NCBI RefSeq assembly: GCF_037042905.1
Contig: NC_087250.1
Location: 4,280,001-4,344,000 of the forward strand
DNA from: Lytechinus pictus
Lineage: Eukaryota
Direction: 5' to 3'
DNA: 64,000 nt
The notes beneath the pieces are model-generated. The model did no database searches and was not told where the DNA came from. It saw only the letters and a list, made by a program, of their open reading frames with translations. Every line of letters begins with the position of its first letter. Position 1 is the stretch's first letter. Made by a program: the position numbers and the translations under genes. Below, piece by piece: positions 27,025 through 41,500 of the stretch.

Positions 27025-27812
27025 GAAGAGTTTAGTTGGAAAAGGGGATAGGTCCACTTTGGACCATTCCGATAAAAAAAAACACGTTTTTATTCTCACT
27101 TAATGCAATATTCTTATGAAATACTAAATTGTCATGATGTACTACCCTATCATGTGAACATAAAATTGGGTATAAAAGAAATCTACCTGCCTCCAATTTT
27201 TTTCTATATATTTTTGAAAAAGTTATCATTGTGGACCTAACCCCTTTTGCAAGTGAACTAAAATGAATCCAATCTCTTTTGATTAAAGAAGTGATTTTTC
27301 TTTGCTACTTTCATTTACGTTTTAATTTGAATTTCAAATTTTCTTTGTTTTCATCAGAGTAACTAAAAATTTTAAGGTTTTGAGACAGAAAACAATAGAA
27401 TTTATGAAAAATGAACCTAACCCCTTTTGACAAATGAGTTTTTCAGAAGATTTTAGTTGCAAAAGGGGTTAGGTCCACTCCAAGAAAATCATTTTTTAAT
27501 TTTCCCATATTGCAATATTCTTATGCGAAACTGAATTTTCATGATACCCTACCATGAGAACATAAAATTGGGTATAAAAGAAATTTACCTGTCTTCATAT
27601 TTTTAAGATATTCTTTTCCAAAAAAAAATATGTGTGAACCTAACCCCTTTTGAAAAAAAAAAAATTTCTTTGCCATTTTAGTTCACTTTTTAATAGGAAT
27701 TTCAACTTTTCTTTAGTATCATCTTATAGAGCTACTAAAAATCTATACATTGAGACATAAAAATCAAATTTGATGAAAATTGGACCTAACCTCTTTTGCA
27801 AGTGAGCTCTTC
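27025..27812. mobile_element. 788-bp non-autonomous element, GAAGAG...CTCTTC termini, ATAT TSD (Sola1-like)
   Basis: ATAT at 27021-27024 and 27813-27816. Imperfect ~30-bp TIR. Homologous to 1-641. Confidence 0.85.
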
Positions 27813-28190
27813 ATATGCTACGAATATCCTTCAAGAGGAAATAACTAAATAAATGAGTGTAATTGCTCTAACCATTTTTCTTATATATACAAACTAGGAC
27901 ATTTAAAAATGGTGATTTGTGCAAAATTGTGTGCTAATTACATGCAAAAACACACATTCAACTGTATCTCATGGTACAGCATTTAAAAGGGGCATTTTTT
28001 TTTGCATATTCGTCGCTTTAGAATGGAGTATTTATTTTGGAGAAAATAATGGTGATTAAGAATCTAGTTTAAACGCTAATTTACGCCAATCATATGAAAA
28101 AATACATGTACATTATACAAGAAACATACAAGATCAACCGTACATCATTTTACAGAATTCAAAAGCCTGTCTGTGTATACCAAGTTTTAA

Positions 28191-28905
28191 CCCTAATTGG
28201 ACTTGGGGGTTGATTCAGCCCCTACTCCCTCGACATTTTTTTTTTCGAGATAAATACTCCGCGCAAGTTTATTTGACCGCGTCAAGTCTCAGCGCAACTT
28301 TTTAGACCAAACTGTGAACCCCCGGGTACACGGTTAAAAAATTATGCAACATGTAAGCTTGCTGAGCCAAAATTGTTCACAAAACGTGAATTTGTGTAGA
28401 AATGCAATGCAAATAGTGTTTTAGCCAAAATTCATAAACGTATGATTATTTCTCCCTTTACTAATCATACTCAATTATTTTTATGTTGGTTATGGTCCCT
28501 GACGATTTCCATTGAAACAAAACTATTAAAAAAGCAAAATGTCGGAAAACAAAGAAATCCATAAAAAAAAAAAAAAACATGAAATGAATGAGAAAAAATA
28601 ATTATGACATTGATATAATTCATACACTGGATTAGGATCCTATAACAAGTCTGTGGACATAATATAACATTTAAGGGACCTTATTTAGTTCATTAAAGCA
28701 AACCTTTGATTTCACGCATAAATCAGCAAAATCTAAAATCTTACGAAGAATTCGATCATACTGCTTTATAGGTTACGCCATGGGCAATGCGCGTGCCGAT
28801 TATCGTCGCGATCGAACGATCGACGGCCGAGATCATAAAGCGGGTTTGAATCAGCCCCCCCCCCCCATTCTTCTTAGGTGTTGAAATAGCCCAATATGTT
28901 TGGTG
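28191..28905. mobile_element. piggyBac-like MITE (TTAA flanks, CCC 5' end); related fragment at ~20225-20520
   Basis: TTAA|CCCTAATTGG at the left end and GGTG|TTAA at the right end. Subterminal GA(A/T)TCAGCCCC motifs. Confidence 0.55.
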
Positions 28906-31900
28906 TTAAGACAAGGCATTAATATATAGGATGACAGGAAAGTGATGAATGGTGCCAGATTTTAAATGCTAATATATGCAAATTGTATGCAGGAAACGGG
29001 GAATTCACCATATCTCACCTAGGAAAAATTAGGAAAGACCAAGTTTCTGCATGTATGTCATTTCTAGACAAAGCATCAATTGGAAAAAAAAAAAAAAAAA
29101 AAAAAAGATCCATGATATGTGTGTCTATGGTTTTATTGAAAATGCATATTTTATGCAAAAATAACGTGTAAGTCATGTCAATCATATGTTTTTAAACACA
29201 TATTCATGATATGGAATTTGAAAAAAAGGGGAAATTTATATACCTATTATTGACTTAAAAATAGCATTGATTTCGGATACGATTTAGTGAAACTGTTGAC
29301 TGGGACTATTAAAAACCTTTGGATTTGTATGCAAATTGCATAAAAAATTAGGGCTTATATGCAAGTCGGCCTGCTGATTCCCCAAATAAATAAATGCAAA
29401 AGAGCTAATCTGGTCCCTAATCACACTCTTCTCGGAGTCAGACGAAATCACCAATTCCGGTGTTGATTTAACACCAGCCCGGAATCTATTATGTCCACAC
29501 CAGAGAAGTATTGAAACAATACCAGTTTGGAATCAAACCGATGCTGTTTTAATACGACTTGGTGTTGTATAAACACCTTTCTGGTGTTAGACCAAAACGA
29601 AACTGGTGTTGTTTAACTCTTCTCTGGTGCAGACATAATATAGATTCCGGGCTGGTGTTAAATCAACACCGGAGTGTTTGCATTGTACAGACCTTTTTTT
29701 TAAGGGAAAGGAAAGATGCAAAGTTCACCCCAGAAAGAGCCATACTTCACTCTTAAAGAAAGAAAAAACAATTCATTGCAGAGGGATTGGTCGCTACTAT
29801 CACTCCGAGGGGAGTGTGATAGGGTTAAGATGAATTAGCCCTTCTTCATTTTGAGAGTAAAGTGTGACTTACATTTTGTGCTTATAGTGCTGACGCGCAT
29901 ATGATTTTTCACTGTTCTTTGATATAATTTGAAGGCATTAATTTTAATGAGATATCCATTTTATGCATTCTTTTATCCCATTGGAGTACTGTTTATGCAT
30001 AAATTAAATAAGCAGACTCGCCGTATAGCTAGCAGCAGTTTCTTCCAAAGTTTCGGAGCTGACAAAAGCCACAAATATGTTGTTTGTTCGGAGTCTAGGG
30101 AAAAATTGTTGTTTTGATTCACAAACATTAGACATAGACTTCTTGTTTGTTTGTTGTCATGAAGTGCATTTAAAAATACTTTTTTAAATTCATTTTTTCA
30201 TGTTATTTTTCTTTTCTATCAGGCATGCGTCATTGAGAAAAAAAAATCTCTTAACGGTTTGCTTTGACTGGACCTCTTTTAAATGGACTAAAATTGGCGT
30301 TCAGAGATCACTGTCTACGTACTAAATCGATCAAATCACTGGGAAAACAATTTCGGCGCTAGAAAACAATGACTCAAATTCGTGTGAACCATTAATCAGG
30401 GACGCACCACTAAATACCCGGGCGCTGGAAGTTTGGGTTGATGCATTTTTTATTTTTTCTTTGAGCAAAGTTTTTTTGGGGCCTTACTCAATTGAGACAA
30501 TTTTTTTTAACCTTTAAGGTGTGGACCAAGTGAACAATTTTTTTGTTTTACTCTCACTGATGGAGAGTCAATATTTCTGTTTGATAAACTTCCATCCCGC
30601 CTTCCCCCCCCCCCGGATATATAATGGTCAGTACCTAATACTCGATATACATGTAACCAAATTTTCGCTCATAATTTCGATTGGTATTTCCAATATTGCG
30701 TACATGACGTGCTCTGATGTACTTCCGGAGGAAGATCGCTTCTTAGCAAGCTTCCGTTTACAAAGTCATTTGTTTTGTTCACACGTGCAAGAAAAACTGC
30801 GTTATTAAAAGCACTGGCGTACATTCAAGGGTGGGCACAAGGCCCCCAATGTCCGACTTAATATTAAAAAAAGAAAATGAATAAAAAAGAAGAGGATAAA
30901 GAATAAAATCTAGGATTAACGTTCTCTGAATATCATGGAAAATCTATTATAACATTAGATTTTCATTTTGAGGTTAGTATTTTATTTGCTCGTCACATAG
31001 GCCCTAGTTGATAAATTGTCAGTACATTATAATTTTAGCAAGAAATCTGAACTCTATGATGTTGCTTGTCAACAGCTCTCATGACACTTCTGCAACAAAG
31101 ATATTCTATTTACTAGAAAAATTTGAACAACTGACCTTAATTATGTTGCCATGCGATAAGTGTGGCAATATTGATAAGTTATAGATAAATAAGAATGCAC
31201 TTCAGGGTATGGCAATTTTCACTCTGCTTATTCCAATGACTCTACCGATCTTAGAACACAAACCATCGATATGGTTTGACCGCGTTAGTTTTTCGTCAAC
31301 AATTATACTTAAAACCTATATGGAAAATCAGCAAGCAGCACGATGAAATTTTTATCAAACTGTCATAACAAGTACAAAAATTATTGAATCTTTAAAGTTT
31401 AGAATTTTTGGTGTAAACAGTTATATGTACTCCGTCATGAATATTCATTACGTGGGCTCATGTCGCCATGCCCCCACTGTCACGTTTGCGTAAGTTATCA
31501 CATGGAATTGTAATTACTTCATGTTTTCATACGTGTGTGCACAAAATATCGCCCTTCTAACAAAATAAATTGCCGCAATATTTATTTCAGTAATAATTAT
31601 TATAGTAATAATTACTATAATTGCTTTTACAGCGCTTAACGCTTACTTTATCAGAAGTCTCTAAGCGCTCTACAGCAATCCATCAAAATTACCCTGGCTT
31701 TTGCAGAGCAGCAGTTATGCACACTTGATCTGACACACTACATGTAAATCGGTGGTCAGTGTAATGTTCTCCTTCTTGGAAGACAAAATTTGAGTAAACA
31801 TGATTCCATGTGATAAAATGCAAAAAGAATTAAGAGGGAATATCACATCACCAGCTTTCTCACTGCTTAGTCACGAGGATGTGCCTTGAACTGTTCCCCC

Positions 31901-33229
31901 CGAAATAATGCAAAACATTGAAATATTATAAATTAGCCTTTTCTTTTCCAACCTTAACACAACTTGGGTGTTTTTATAATATACATAATCGTATATATAC
32001 AAATATATAACCGATCATGATACGTTTATGTTTATAGTTTCTTGTATTATTATTTCCGTGTTGGCAGACTTACTCTGAATTACTTGGTTTCTGTTTTTAT
32101 GAACTCCTACCATATAGATGTAAATGTATATAATGTACCTTTATAATATTGTCAGATTTCTTTAGTAGCGTCCATCGACAAAGGTTATCTTTGAGCAACG
32201 GTACTACGGGCTTCGAAATATTGATAAAGCGTTATTAAATAATTGAATACTGGATATATCAATTTGTTACAAGTACTGCAATAGATTAAGTGGACCATTT
32301 AAAAAAAAAACTTTTTAAACATGTTATTTCCATTATTTCCAGCATCGAATCACTACATTGGTTATAGGCTTTAATAGTCTTTGCATTATTTTGCATGAGG
32401 AAGTACAATAAGAAACATAAATAGATTCAACACAAATGTATGATAAACAAAGTAAACGAATTAATATCAATATTACTTGACGACAGGCAAACGAAAGGTT
32501 GTATAGGCCCATGTGCATGTTAGTGTATACTGCATCATACAATTTATACAATGATTCTTTTCATTTTATTGGTTGAAAGCCATTTCATATTTGACCCATT
32601 TTGTGATGCATGTTAATTGTATTGTCCATTGCACGGTTGAGCTCCCCCCCCCCCCTCAGTGTGTACCACTGAGCATGTGTGTACGCACATTTTTCTTTCT
32701 AATATGGTCCGATATTTTGAACAATATTCCAGACAATATCAAATCATGCTCAACAATATATTCCTTTAAACCTAATCTCAAAAGATACATTTTTTTCCAT
32801 TATGCATCAAACTCTTCAAAATAAAACATCAACTACCATCTCCAGCACCTGCACCTGCATTGCGCCCACTTGATCAATGACATTAACTTTTCGGGGGCTG
32901 CAATAATATCAAGCCTAATCGCTAACGATGGCGGTCTGCTGCATTCCTCTTAATCATCATGATAATAATTTTGTTGAAAATATATATTTTTTGTGGTGGC
33001 TAACACTCTATGTTACGATTACAGCATTGTTGATTTGTTATATATTTAATACCTCTGTACATGTAATATTGGGATTCTCTAATGTGAATAAAAGAGCATG
33101 TGAAAATAAAAATACAATAAAATAAAAATAAATTAAAATTTTAATTCGAGGAAGAATTGTGATGGAACGCGTTATCATTAATCTAAAGAAGAAGTTAAGC
33201 CCCGATAATTATTTTGGTTTCAAGCCTAA

Positions 33230-33475
33230 ACTTTCATGTTATCAACTCCCGTAGGAACTCGGTGGGACAGCTTTTTTGCTGGTATTTTGGCAAGCAGGTA
33301 TAACCAATAGCATTGGAAAAATTGTTAAATCTAAGTTCATCAGGCATTTTGGCTGACCTTATAGACGAGACAAATTACTCACAGGCCTTTTTATTAAAGT
33401 GAAGACAATGGCAGAGCGGGGATTCGAACTCACAACCTTACGATCATGAGTCCCATGCTCTAACCACTACAGCCA
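33230..33475 (-). mobile_element. tRNA-derived SINE (second copy at 34980-35220)
   Basis: Minus strand shows GTAGTGGTTAGAGCA (A box) and GAGTTCGAATCC (B box). Body aligns with 34980-35220. Confidence 0.7.
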
Positions 33476-34620
33476 AAAACTCTTTTGTAAGGGGTAAGAC
33501 ATCATTCCAGGGCGTATGGAAAAAAAACACCAACAGCAAAGAAGACAGGGAAATAAATCAATACACTGTGAATACACCAAAAACAAGTATTAAAACCCGA
33601 ACTTCCTATTCAGAAAAAAACCGGCTACACACACCCGCACACCCTCTCTCTCTCACACACACACCCACATCATTTGACGTGTATATTTTCAGATGTACAT
33701 GATTATGACAGATAAAGGAATGCTTTTTTTTGCTGTAAAGTACATTATTTCAGAATGTGGGCAGTATTCACATTCCTTCTGTAGAAAAATAACGACTACA
33801 AATTATAAATGATACAGAACCAAACGCTGCAATAACGAAGTAGCTTCATTTCCAAAAATGAAACGATCCGTGTGAGAAAAAAATGAATATGTATGTGTGT
33901 GTGTGTGTGGCAAAGGTAATGAATAGTCATAGATGACGTAGAGTTACACGAGTTGTAAAGCTTTTTCGCACCTAGGCCTTCCTCAGTGTTTATGTTCTAA
34001 GTATAACAAATAAATCAAATTATACAATTAGCAACAGAACAGAAGGGAGATAATCGAGAATAGCCTAAAAATAAAGCGAAACCAAAACAAAGGTAATACA
34101 TATATGGTAATCATACGGAAGTGTGGGTTAACAAAACATCATATTCAACATAAATAATTATTAATAAAAACTAACTAAGGAAATAAATTACAAGGTTTGC
34201 TTCGACTTTTGTCACGTATACTCCTGTCTAAAATGCGTTATATACCCTGATACCGCGAAGTTTGATCATGGAGACCAAAATTGCGCCTGATATCATGGAC
34301 CCATTAGGCTGATATGCACCGCTTGAACGCCTAATACTCTAAGAAAACCGGGGTTCTTCGAGGACTATCTGCTTATCCTGTATTTGGATCCCTAAGCTTT
34401 TTCTTGCACACGTAAAGAAACATTTCTGGCACTCTTTGAAACTCTTCAGACCACGGGACAAATTGGTTCCCATTCGCACTATGTCTAAGAGTGAATAGAT
34501 TATCATAATGGTTTATATACCAATCACGTTGTATTCCTTCCAAGCTGTATGGTGTCCAAGTCTCTCTCATCAATTTACAGATATTCTTTGAGGACAACCT
34601 TGAGCAGATGAGAAAGAAGC

Positions 34621-34705
34621 ATGGCTACTGTCAAGTTGGACTGGATATTCTTAATCTTACTTCTGGTTCACTGTGGAGACAACTTCGTCAATGGTATCAT
34701 AACAT
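34621..34705 (+). CDS. Gene B exon 1: signal peptide of an SRCR-WSC type I membrane receptor (353 aa with exon 7a)
   Basis: 85 nt, MATVKLDWIFLILLLVHCGDNFVNGIIT, donor T|GTAAAT. About 45 nt of 5' UTR is also conserved with gene A. Confidence 0.9.
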
Positions 34706-36107
34706 GTAAATGCACTTTTATAACGGTCACATAAATACAAAAATTACATTCATTTGCGTTCGACATTACTCTTTGAATATTTTTTTTTAATATGTATTGG
34801 GAAGCATTTACTGTAGTAATTTCTTCCCATTTGTTTACCCCCCCCCCTAATTTTGAAGCAGTACGCTTTTCTTACGATCATGATTTAAAAATAGATGAGC
34901 ACAAAAATCAGACTTGAAATGTTGAATTTTGAACAGTTTAATCAAAGTTTTTTTCAAACCATGTTCCTGTTTCTGTTTATGGTAACTCACGTAGAAACTT
35001 GGCAGGACGGCGTTTTGCTGTTAAACACCAAGCTGGTATATAACCAATTACCAATGAAACATTTTGCGTCTAGGTTAATCGGTCATAGTGGCTGACCTAA
35101 TAGACGGTAAATATTAATCTCGTGCCTTTTTATCAAAGTGGAGATTTTGGCAGAGTGAGGATTCAAACTCATAACCTTGCGATTGCGAGTCCAATGCTGT
35201 AACCACTTGTCCACACGACCCATATGACGTGACACGGTATAAGTGATGTAGGCTAATTTCAACTGTTATCACGTGAAGAAAAATGGTTTCAATTTTTCAC
35301 CTTAAGATATGACCAATGTCCCTGTTAGGTACCTGAAGGGTGCAATTTCGCAATTTTCTGAAATGCGCAGGATTGTATTATCGAACTTTTAACGCGTCAG
35401 AACAACCGCCCCCCCCCCCATCTCCCCAGGACCATGAGAACGATTTTTTTACAGGGCGTGCTGGTTTAATTTGACAAGCAACTAAATGGTCTCGCTACAA
35501 AATGAAGATGGTTTTGTTCCAGGACAAGTCAAACACAAAATAATTAAAAAATAACAATTTTCATAAAAAGTTTCAGTCGTCATGGTCGTATTGAGTTAAT
35601 GTTGGCCATTTACCATATTATTGTTGGATTTCGTTGGGGTACATTCTATGGAAAATAAACGCAGCATTCCCAAGAAAAATAAAAGAGGTGCACCTTCTGC
35701 ACCCCCAGCATCCCCGCTTCCCCCCCCCAAAAAAAAAAAAATAATGATATAAAAATTTACAGTAATTAGAGATTCATTAATTCATTAATTGAATTAATTA
35801 AATAAATGCATAAAATATAAATTGACAAAAAATAAATAAATAAAACAAATACAACTAAATAATGCAATCATATTCAAACAGGAGAAGCGAATCATTTTAT
35901 ACTTGTTTGTACAAGAAGCAGACAAGCGATCAAATAACAATTTACAATTGATAACCAGACTTAACATTGATTGGGGACCAACTTTGACTCGCAATTGTTT
36001 GCAAGTTTATTATTTTGTTTTACATTACTGTGTAAAGTTAAAGGTATATACTACCCAGGAAAATCAAGGAAAAGCTTATAATAACTGTTTGGCTAATTTA
36101 TCACCAG

Positions 36108-36326
36108 ATGTACGTCTTGTTGGTGGTCCAACTCTGAATAAAGGAACAATACAGGTGATGCAAGACGGTGGCCCATGGGAAACAACATGTGGAATAAATA
36201 TTGATATCGATGACGTCATTGTCATTTGTAAGCAGTTGGGGTATACAGGCGCAAATAGAGCAATACAAAGCACGCCGTATGGACAGGATTCAACGTCACC
36301 TAAGATTGTGCTGAGTTGTAATGGTG
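36108..36326 (+). CDS. Gene B exon 2: N-terminal part of SRCR domain
   Basis: 219 nt, CAG| ... |GTAAGC. Encodes VRLVGGPTLNKGTIQVMQDGGPWETTCG...ICKQLGY...LSCNG. Confidence 0.95.
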
Positions 36327-36928
36327 GTAAGCAGAAGAGGATCAATTAATATTGTACTTAAACATTGCTTCAACGATGAAATGTTTTATCATTTACATGG
36401 TTATTGTTATGGGTCACAACGGAGCGTTGTGGCCCAGTGGATTAGTCTTAGACAAAGAGTACTTTTAAAATAACCTTTGTCATGACATTAGTGGGGTGCC
36501 GAGAATCGAACACTTGTCACATATTTCAGATTTACAGTAAGATGAGTAAGGTGTTGACAGCTAATACCTAAATAGTTTCAGCTGCCACTATTTGCTCCAC
36601 GATCCAAACGGCGTACTTAATCGTTGACAAATTGTAGCGATCCTACCACATCGTATCAGATCATATCAGATCCGTCATGACAATCGTATTGATGGTAGAA
36701 ATATTATACTGGTTAAACAAAAATAGCGATCAGTTACAAAAATGCCAAGGATCTTCCTACGGTGGGAACGATGCATAAGAACTTTTTAATTGTAACATAT
36801 CATCGTGTCTTTGCTAGATCCTAATAGTATCAACCCGAAACACATGCTTACCCATCCGATCTATGATTTTTCTAGTGTATATTTACAACAGTAAAAAGTT
36901 GGCTTCGGATTTTTGTAAATCTTTCTAG

Positions 36929-37003
36929 GAGAAGACAGCCTCGCTGAGTGTCAATTGTTCGAGCAACAAGGTTGTTCATCGGCTGGAGCAGCCTCATGTC
37001 ATG
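36929..37003 (+). CDS. Gene B exon 3: C-terminal part of SRCR domain
   Basis: 75 nt, TAG| ... |GTAGG. Encodes GEDSLAECQLFEQQGCSSAGAASCH. Confidence 0.9.
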
Positions 37004-37086
37004 GTAGGTGATATTCAATTTGAAGATATTTTTACATTGAGTTCACCGATAACAAAAGCAATCATCCTACTTATTCAAGGTCTTAA

Positions 37087-37469
37087 AGTGATTGGTTAAC
37101 ATTGGTTTGACTTTTAAAAAATCTGAGCTAGAAGGTCACACTTGTCACCTGTGTCTGTGATATGTTACAAAAATGAAGCCCAGAAAAAATTGCGTTCGAA
37201 AATAATTATTTTTAGTGCTTCAAAAATTGAAATATAAAGTGACCGAAAACACCATCTTAATTCCATCCCATACACTTATGTGTACTATTTAGGCGTCTAT
37301 AAGACGCCTATTTACAAAATCGGGGTTTGCCTTGTAGTTTTAGCTTTTCATTCCCAACAATGGTTCTTTTCAGGGTTTATTAGTTCTTCTAATACATGCA
37401 CTTGTACACATGTTTCATCTTGGTTTGATAATTTTTTAAATCGGCTGCTCACAAAGTTAAACAATACCT
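37087..37469. mobile_element. ~380-bp TTAA MITE (Kolobok-like)
   Basis: TTAA|AGTGATTGGTTAAC ... GTTAAACAATACCT|TTAA. Confidence 0.7.
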
Positions 37470-38173
37470 TTAAGTCATCACCATTCACCAGTTGGAATTG
37501 TTATCTAGTAATGTTATCTTATATTTCATGGTAAACACCGACTGGTTTTCCTGTTTACGTCATGCGTGATCCATACTTTTACAGTCTTGTCCACGTCTGG
37601 TCATCTCTGCTAAAGGATGTAGACATAATGATACCGAATTTTATCATCTCATCAACACTGCTAAAGAGGTCGACACGAAGATATGCAACCAGACCATATC
37701 AACTATGATATGTGACCAGTCACCCCAATATCAACAATACGACGCCCATAATGAATTGTGATATTTTGTTATCGAGTCTGAACAAGCACATCCTAAGCTT
37801 TAAGATGATTCGTGATTTGCTAATCTTGATCAAAAATAGCTCACTCAAATACTTGATTGAATGCACGGAAAACAAATCGAGAGCTTCAGAAAATAAGGAG
37901 AACTTCGTTTGAAGTTTGTATTCACTCATGCATGAGATGTGCGTAATGCGCAATTTCACTGCAGTCTGCTTGCCAAAAACATGTGTTAAAGAAAATCTTG
38001 CATCCTCCTATGCTGTTTTGTATTCAACTTTACATCTCGATTTTTTTACAGTATAAAGATGAAGAAATACTCCTTCAGAAAAAAGTAAGTTGTTAATATT
38101 GGCTTTTTGAAGACCAATTTACTATTTTGGCCATAAACAGAAAACCTTCCCTGGCGACTTATTGATGGTTTTG

Positions 38174-38407
38174 TAGTCTAGTTCTAGACGATTTCAATTG
38201 AATTCTATTCTCCGACGTATCGTACTATCCCGTGCGTGCGTACGTCTAAGCCGAGTGAGCGCTCAAATCCGAGAACCTATAGATACACCCGATAAATTCT
38301 ACAGGTTCTTGGATTTGCGTGCTCACTCGGCTTGGGCGTACGCACGTACGGGATAGTACGATACCACGGATAATGGAACTCAATTGAAATCGTTTAGAAC
38401 TAGACTA
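38174..38407. mobile_element. 234-bp foldback MITE with TAG...CTA termini and ~9-bp TSD
   Basis: Arms complementary over ~110 bp. Flanks ATGGTTTTG / GTGGTTTTG. Confidence 0.8.
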
Positions 38408-38519
38408 GTGGTTTTGGGGTGGTTGGTCACATACAAGATTTCGATATGGTGAAATCCGTGTTCTTGATACCAGATCATCTCAACTCGACCATGTCAACAT
38501 GATGAGATCCGGAAAAATC

Positions 38520-41500
38520 CCGACTTTTCGCTGGAGAACGCGAACGCATATTTACGACGGTAGTTGACTTTGGAAGAGAATTTTGGGCCCGTCGTAAAAG
38601 ACTGTCCTGCAATGCAAGTTGTGTGACATGATTTGTTTGCCTTTTGCATCCACAACGGAAACATTCAATCTGCGGTTCGTGTGCAAACTAGTATGGTAAC
38701 AGCGACATATCCGATTTAAAACGAGCTCCCAGAGCCACATTTGGTTCCTACCAGAGCTAATGAAAGCCACCCGGGGGTGCCACTTCCATTGAAAAGTTTC
38801 CAGGCGCGACCACGCGTAAACGGGGATTTTCCTTTCAAGAGTGGGCACGTTACGTATGTAACGAAATTGGGTGTTTTTCGAAAGGTAAGGTGGTATCCAC
38901 TCGTCAATGGAAGCAGCCCCCCGGGAATTGAAATCCAATCCCTATTTCGTGGGAAAGTAATACATAATAGCGAGTTTTCGCAAAACTCGGGGACGCATCA
39001 TTAGGGTCCGGTAACAAAAAAGTTCATGATTAATCATACATTTAATTTTTAAGATTGATTCTACATTAGAGTCAATAGAATCAAATATAGAAAACTGTTC
39101 TACAATTATTTCTAAGCTTTGTGTTACAGGCCCTATAGAACTGCTTATCGTGTGCAAAATTCTTTCATGCGACACCATGCACGCCTTTCCAAGATGCGAT
39201 ATTAAATCCTGCATGTAAGACTGGTCATCAGCGTATGCCCACCCGAGGCCTGCGGCGTGCCTCTACTCTGGCGGCTGGCTGGAGATATTCGAAATGCTAG
39301 GCCTACATGGTAGATTATGACATGGATAAGAAAGTGTTTTTCAAACAAATCGACTACATTTATTATTGAGTGAGGAAAAACTTACTGAATTAATGCTCGG
39401 TTGACTCTTGCACGCATTGTGATGCCCGCATTGCGCCGCATTGATGCGTACCAGTGCGGGACACTTTATGGCACGACTTGGCTACATTAGTTCACGCAAC
39501 ATCCCGACACGTTCATGAAATGTTTGCGCATAGTTCGCGCATAGTTCACGCAGTGTTCACGCACTGTCCCGACGTGCTTCCAGCAAATATTCTCGACACC
39601 CTATCCTTTGAAGTATCTAGCACAAATTTAAATATCCAACGTTCTGGTGTTGACACCCCTTCGTTTGTTGATTAGGACGACTCACACTGATCACGTGGTC
39701 TGCACTCACAATTTTGCGCATATCATTCGCGAACTATGCGTGAAGTATGCTTGACATATGCGCAAAATATCCGCGACCCTGTCGTGAACTAGTCGTCAAC
39801 TGCGTGCCTACTATTCTTTGCGCCACGAAATTTCTATTTCGATGCCACGCAGTGGTACGCAGTGGCACAACTAGGTTGCGCATAGTTCACGAATTTGAAA
39901 TGCGTGCCAAAATTTTCAACATGTTGAAAATTTTGGCACGCATTTCACGCAATGGCACGCACTGCCACGCACCTATCCGCAATTAAGCTGGCACGCATAG
40001 TTCGCACACTGGCCCGCATGAGTGCGTGGCCATGCGCAAACTATGCGGGAACCACAATGCGTGCAAGTGTCAACCGAGCTCTAGGCTTAGATGTAGATCA
40101 TTACAGTCCATCGAATCGATATTGCATCTAATGTGGATTATTGGTGGATCACTGGCAATTGATTCCATGGGTATCATCTCTCCAACCGAAACCATTTCGC
40201 ATGCGTTGATATGTTCACAGCACATGCAATAGGCCTATCCGTCTGAAAACCATCCGAATTTGCGTTTTTTATTTTATTTTGCTCTCCCCTCCTACACAAA
40301 CGATAAGCAATCTAGCACACAATGTGATGGGCATTCTTATTTTCTTTCCCCCGAAATTGGGGATTTGATTCAAATTCCCGGGGGGATCGACCACTTCCAT
40401 TGACAAGTTGATACCAGACGCGACCATGGGAATTCGAAAACGCCCCAATCAAGGGAAGCATGTATTTTCCAGATTATGAAAATGCATCCCTTAACAAGTA
40501 TTGGAAATTTGACCGAAAATACGTAGCTTTCCTAACAAAATATATCCTTTTTTCAGTTTTTTAAAATATGTTTTGTGACACCCTTATAACATTACATATT
40601 CGGAACGTGCCCAGTCTTGAAAAGGAAATCTTTTTTTACACGTGGTCGCGCCTGATTGATATCCACTCGTCAATGGAAGCGGCCTCCCGGGCGGCCCCTT
40701 GAGCTCTGGGAGGAACCGAATGTGGCTCTGGAGGCTCGTCCTAAATCGAATATATCGCAGTACTTAGCAACCAGAATTTTGCACAAAAAAGGCAGATTGA
40801 ATGTTTTTGTCGCGGATGCGAAACGTAAACAAGTTTTCATATCATACAACTTGCATTGCAGGACAGTGTTTTGCGACGGTCCCAAAAGTCTCTTCCAAAA
40901 TCGATATAACGTCGTAAAGTCCATCTGCGTTGCGCACAGCGAAAAGTGGGGATGCCCGCCATGCACACGGGCATAATGTCCATCACATTGTCTGCGAGAT
41001 GGCTTGCCGTTTGTGTAGGAGGAGCCAGCAAAATAAAAAAAACGACACATCCGCATCGTTTTTGGACAGATTTGCTGTGCATGCAGATAACGCATGCGAA
41101 ATGGTTTAGCTGGAGAGGTGAATGTGACCAACGGATTAGCCAGCGTTCCATCAATAATCAACGTTAGATATGCCATATCGATTCGATGGATTGTAATGAT
41201 ATATACCAAAGCCTTCATTCAGTTAGTTTTTCCTCACTTAATATGTACTCGATTAGTTTAAAATACCACTCTCTTATCCATGTCATAATACACCATGTAA
41301 GCCCATGGTTTCTAATGAAATCTCAAACATAGCGGCGCGGCCGGAGTCCTGGCCATGAGCAGTCGTGCGCACAAGAAAGCTCTCACAATTTGCGAATGGC
41401 ATGTTTGGTGTCGCATGAAATAATTTTGCACAGGAAACGCAGGTCTAGAGCCCGTAGCACAAAGCTTAACAATGATTGTAGAACAGTTTTCTACGATTGA

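Noticed and set aside
33951..33995. Minus-strand CUGAGGA...CGAAA hammerhead-like motif
   Set aside because: Stem II is poor and stem I has no partner.
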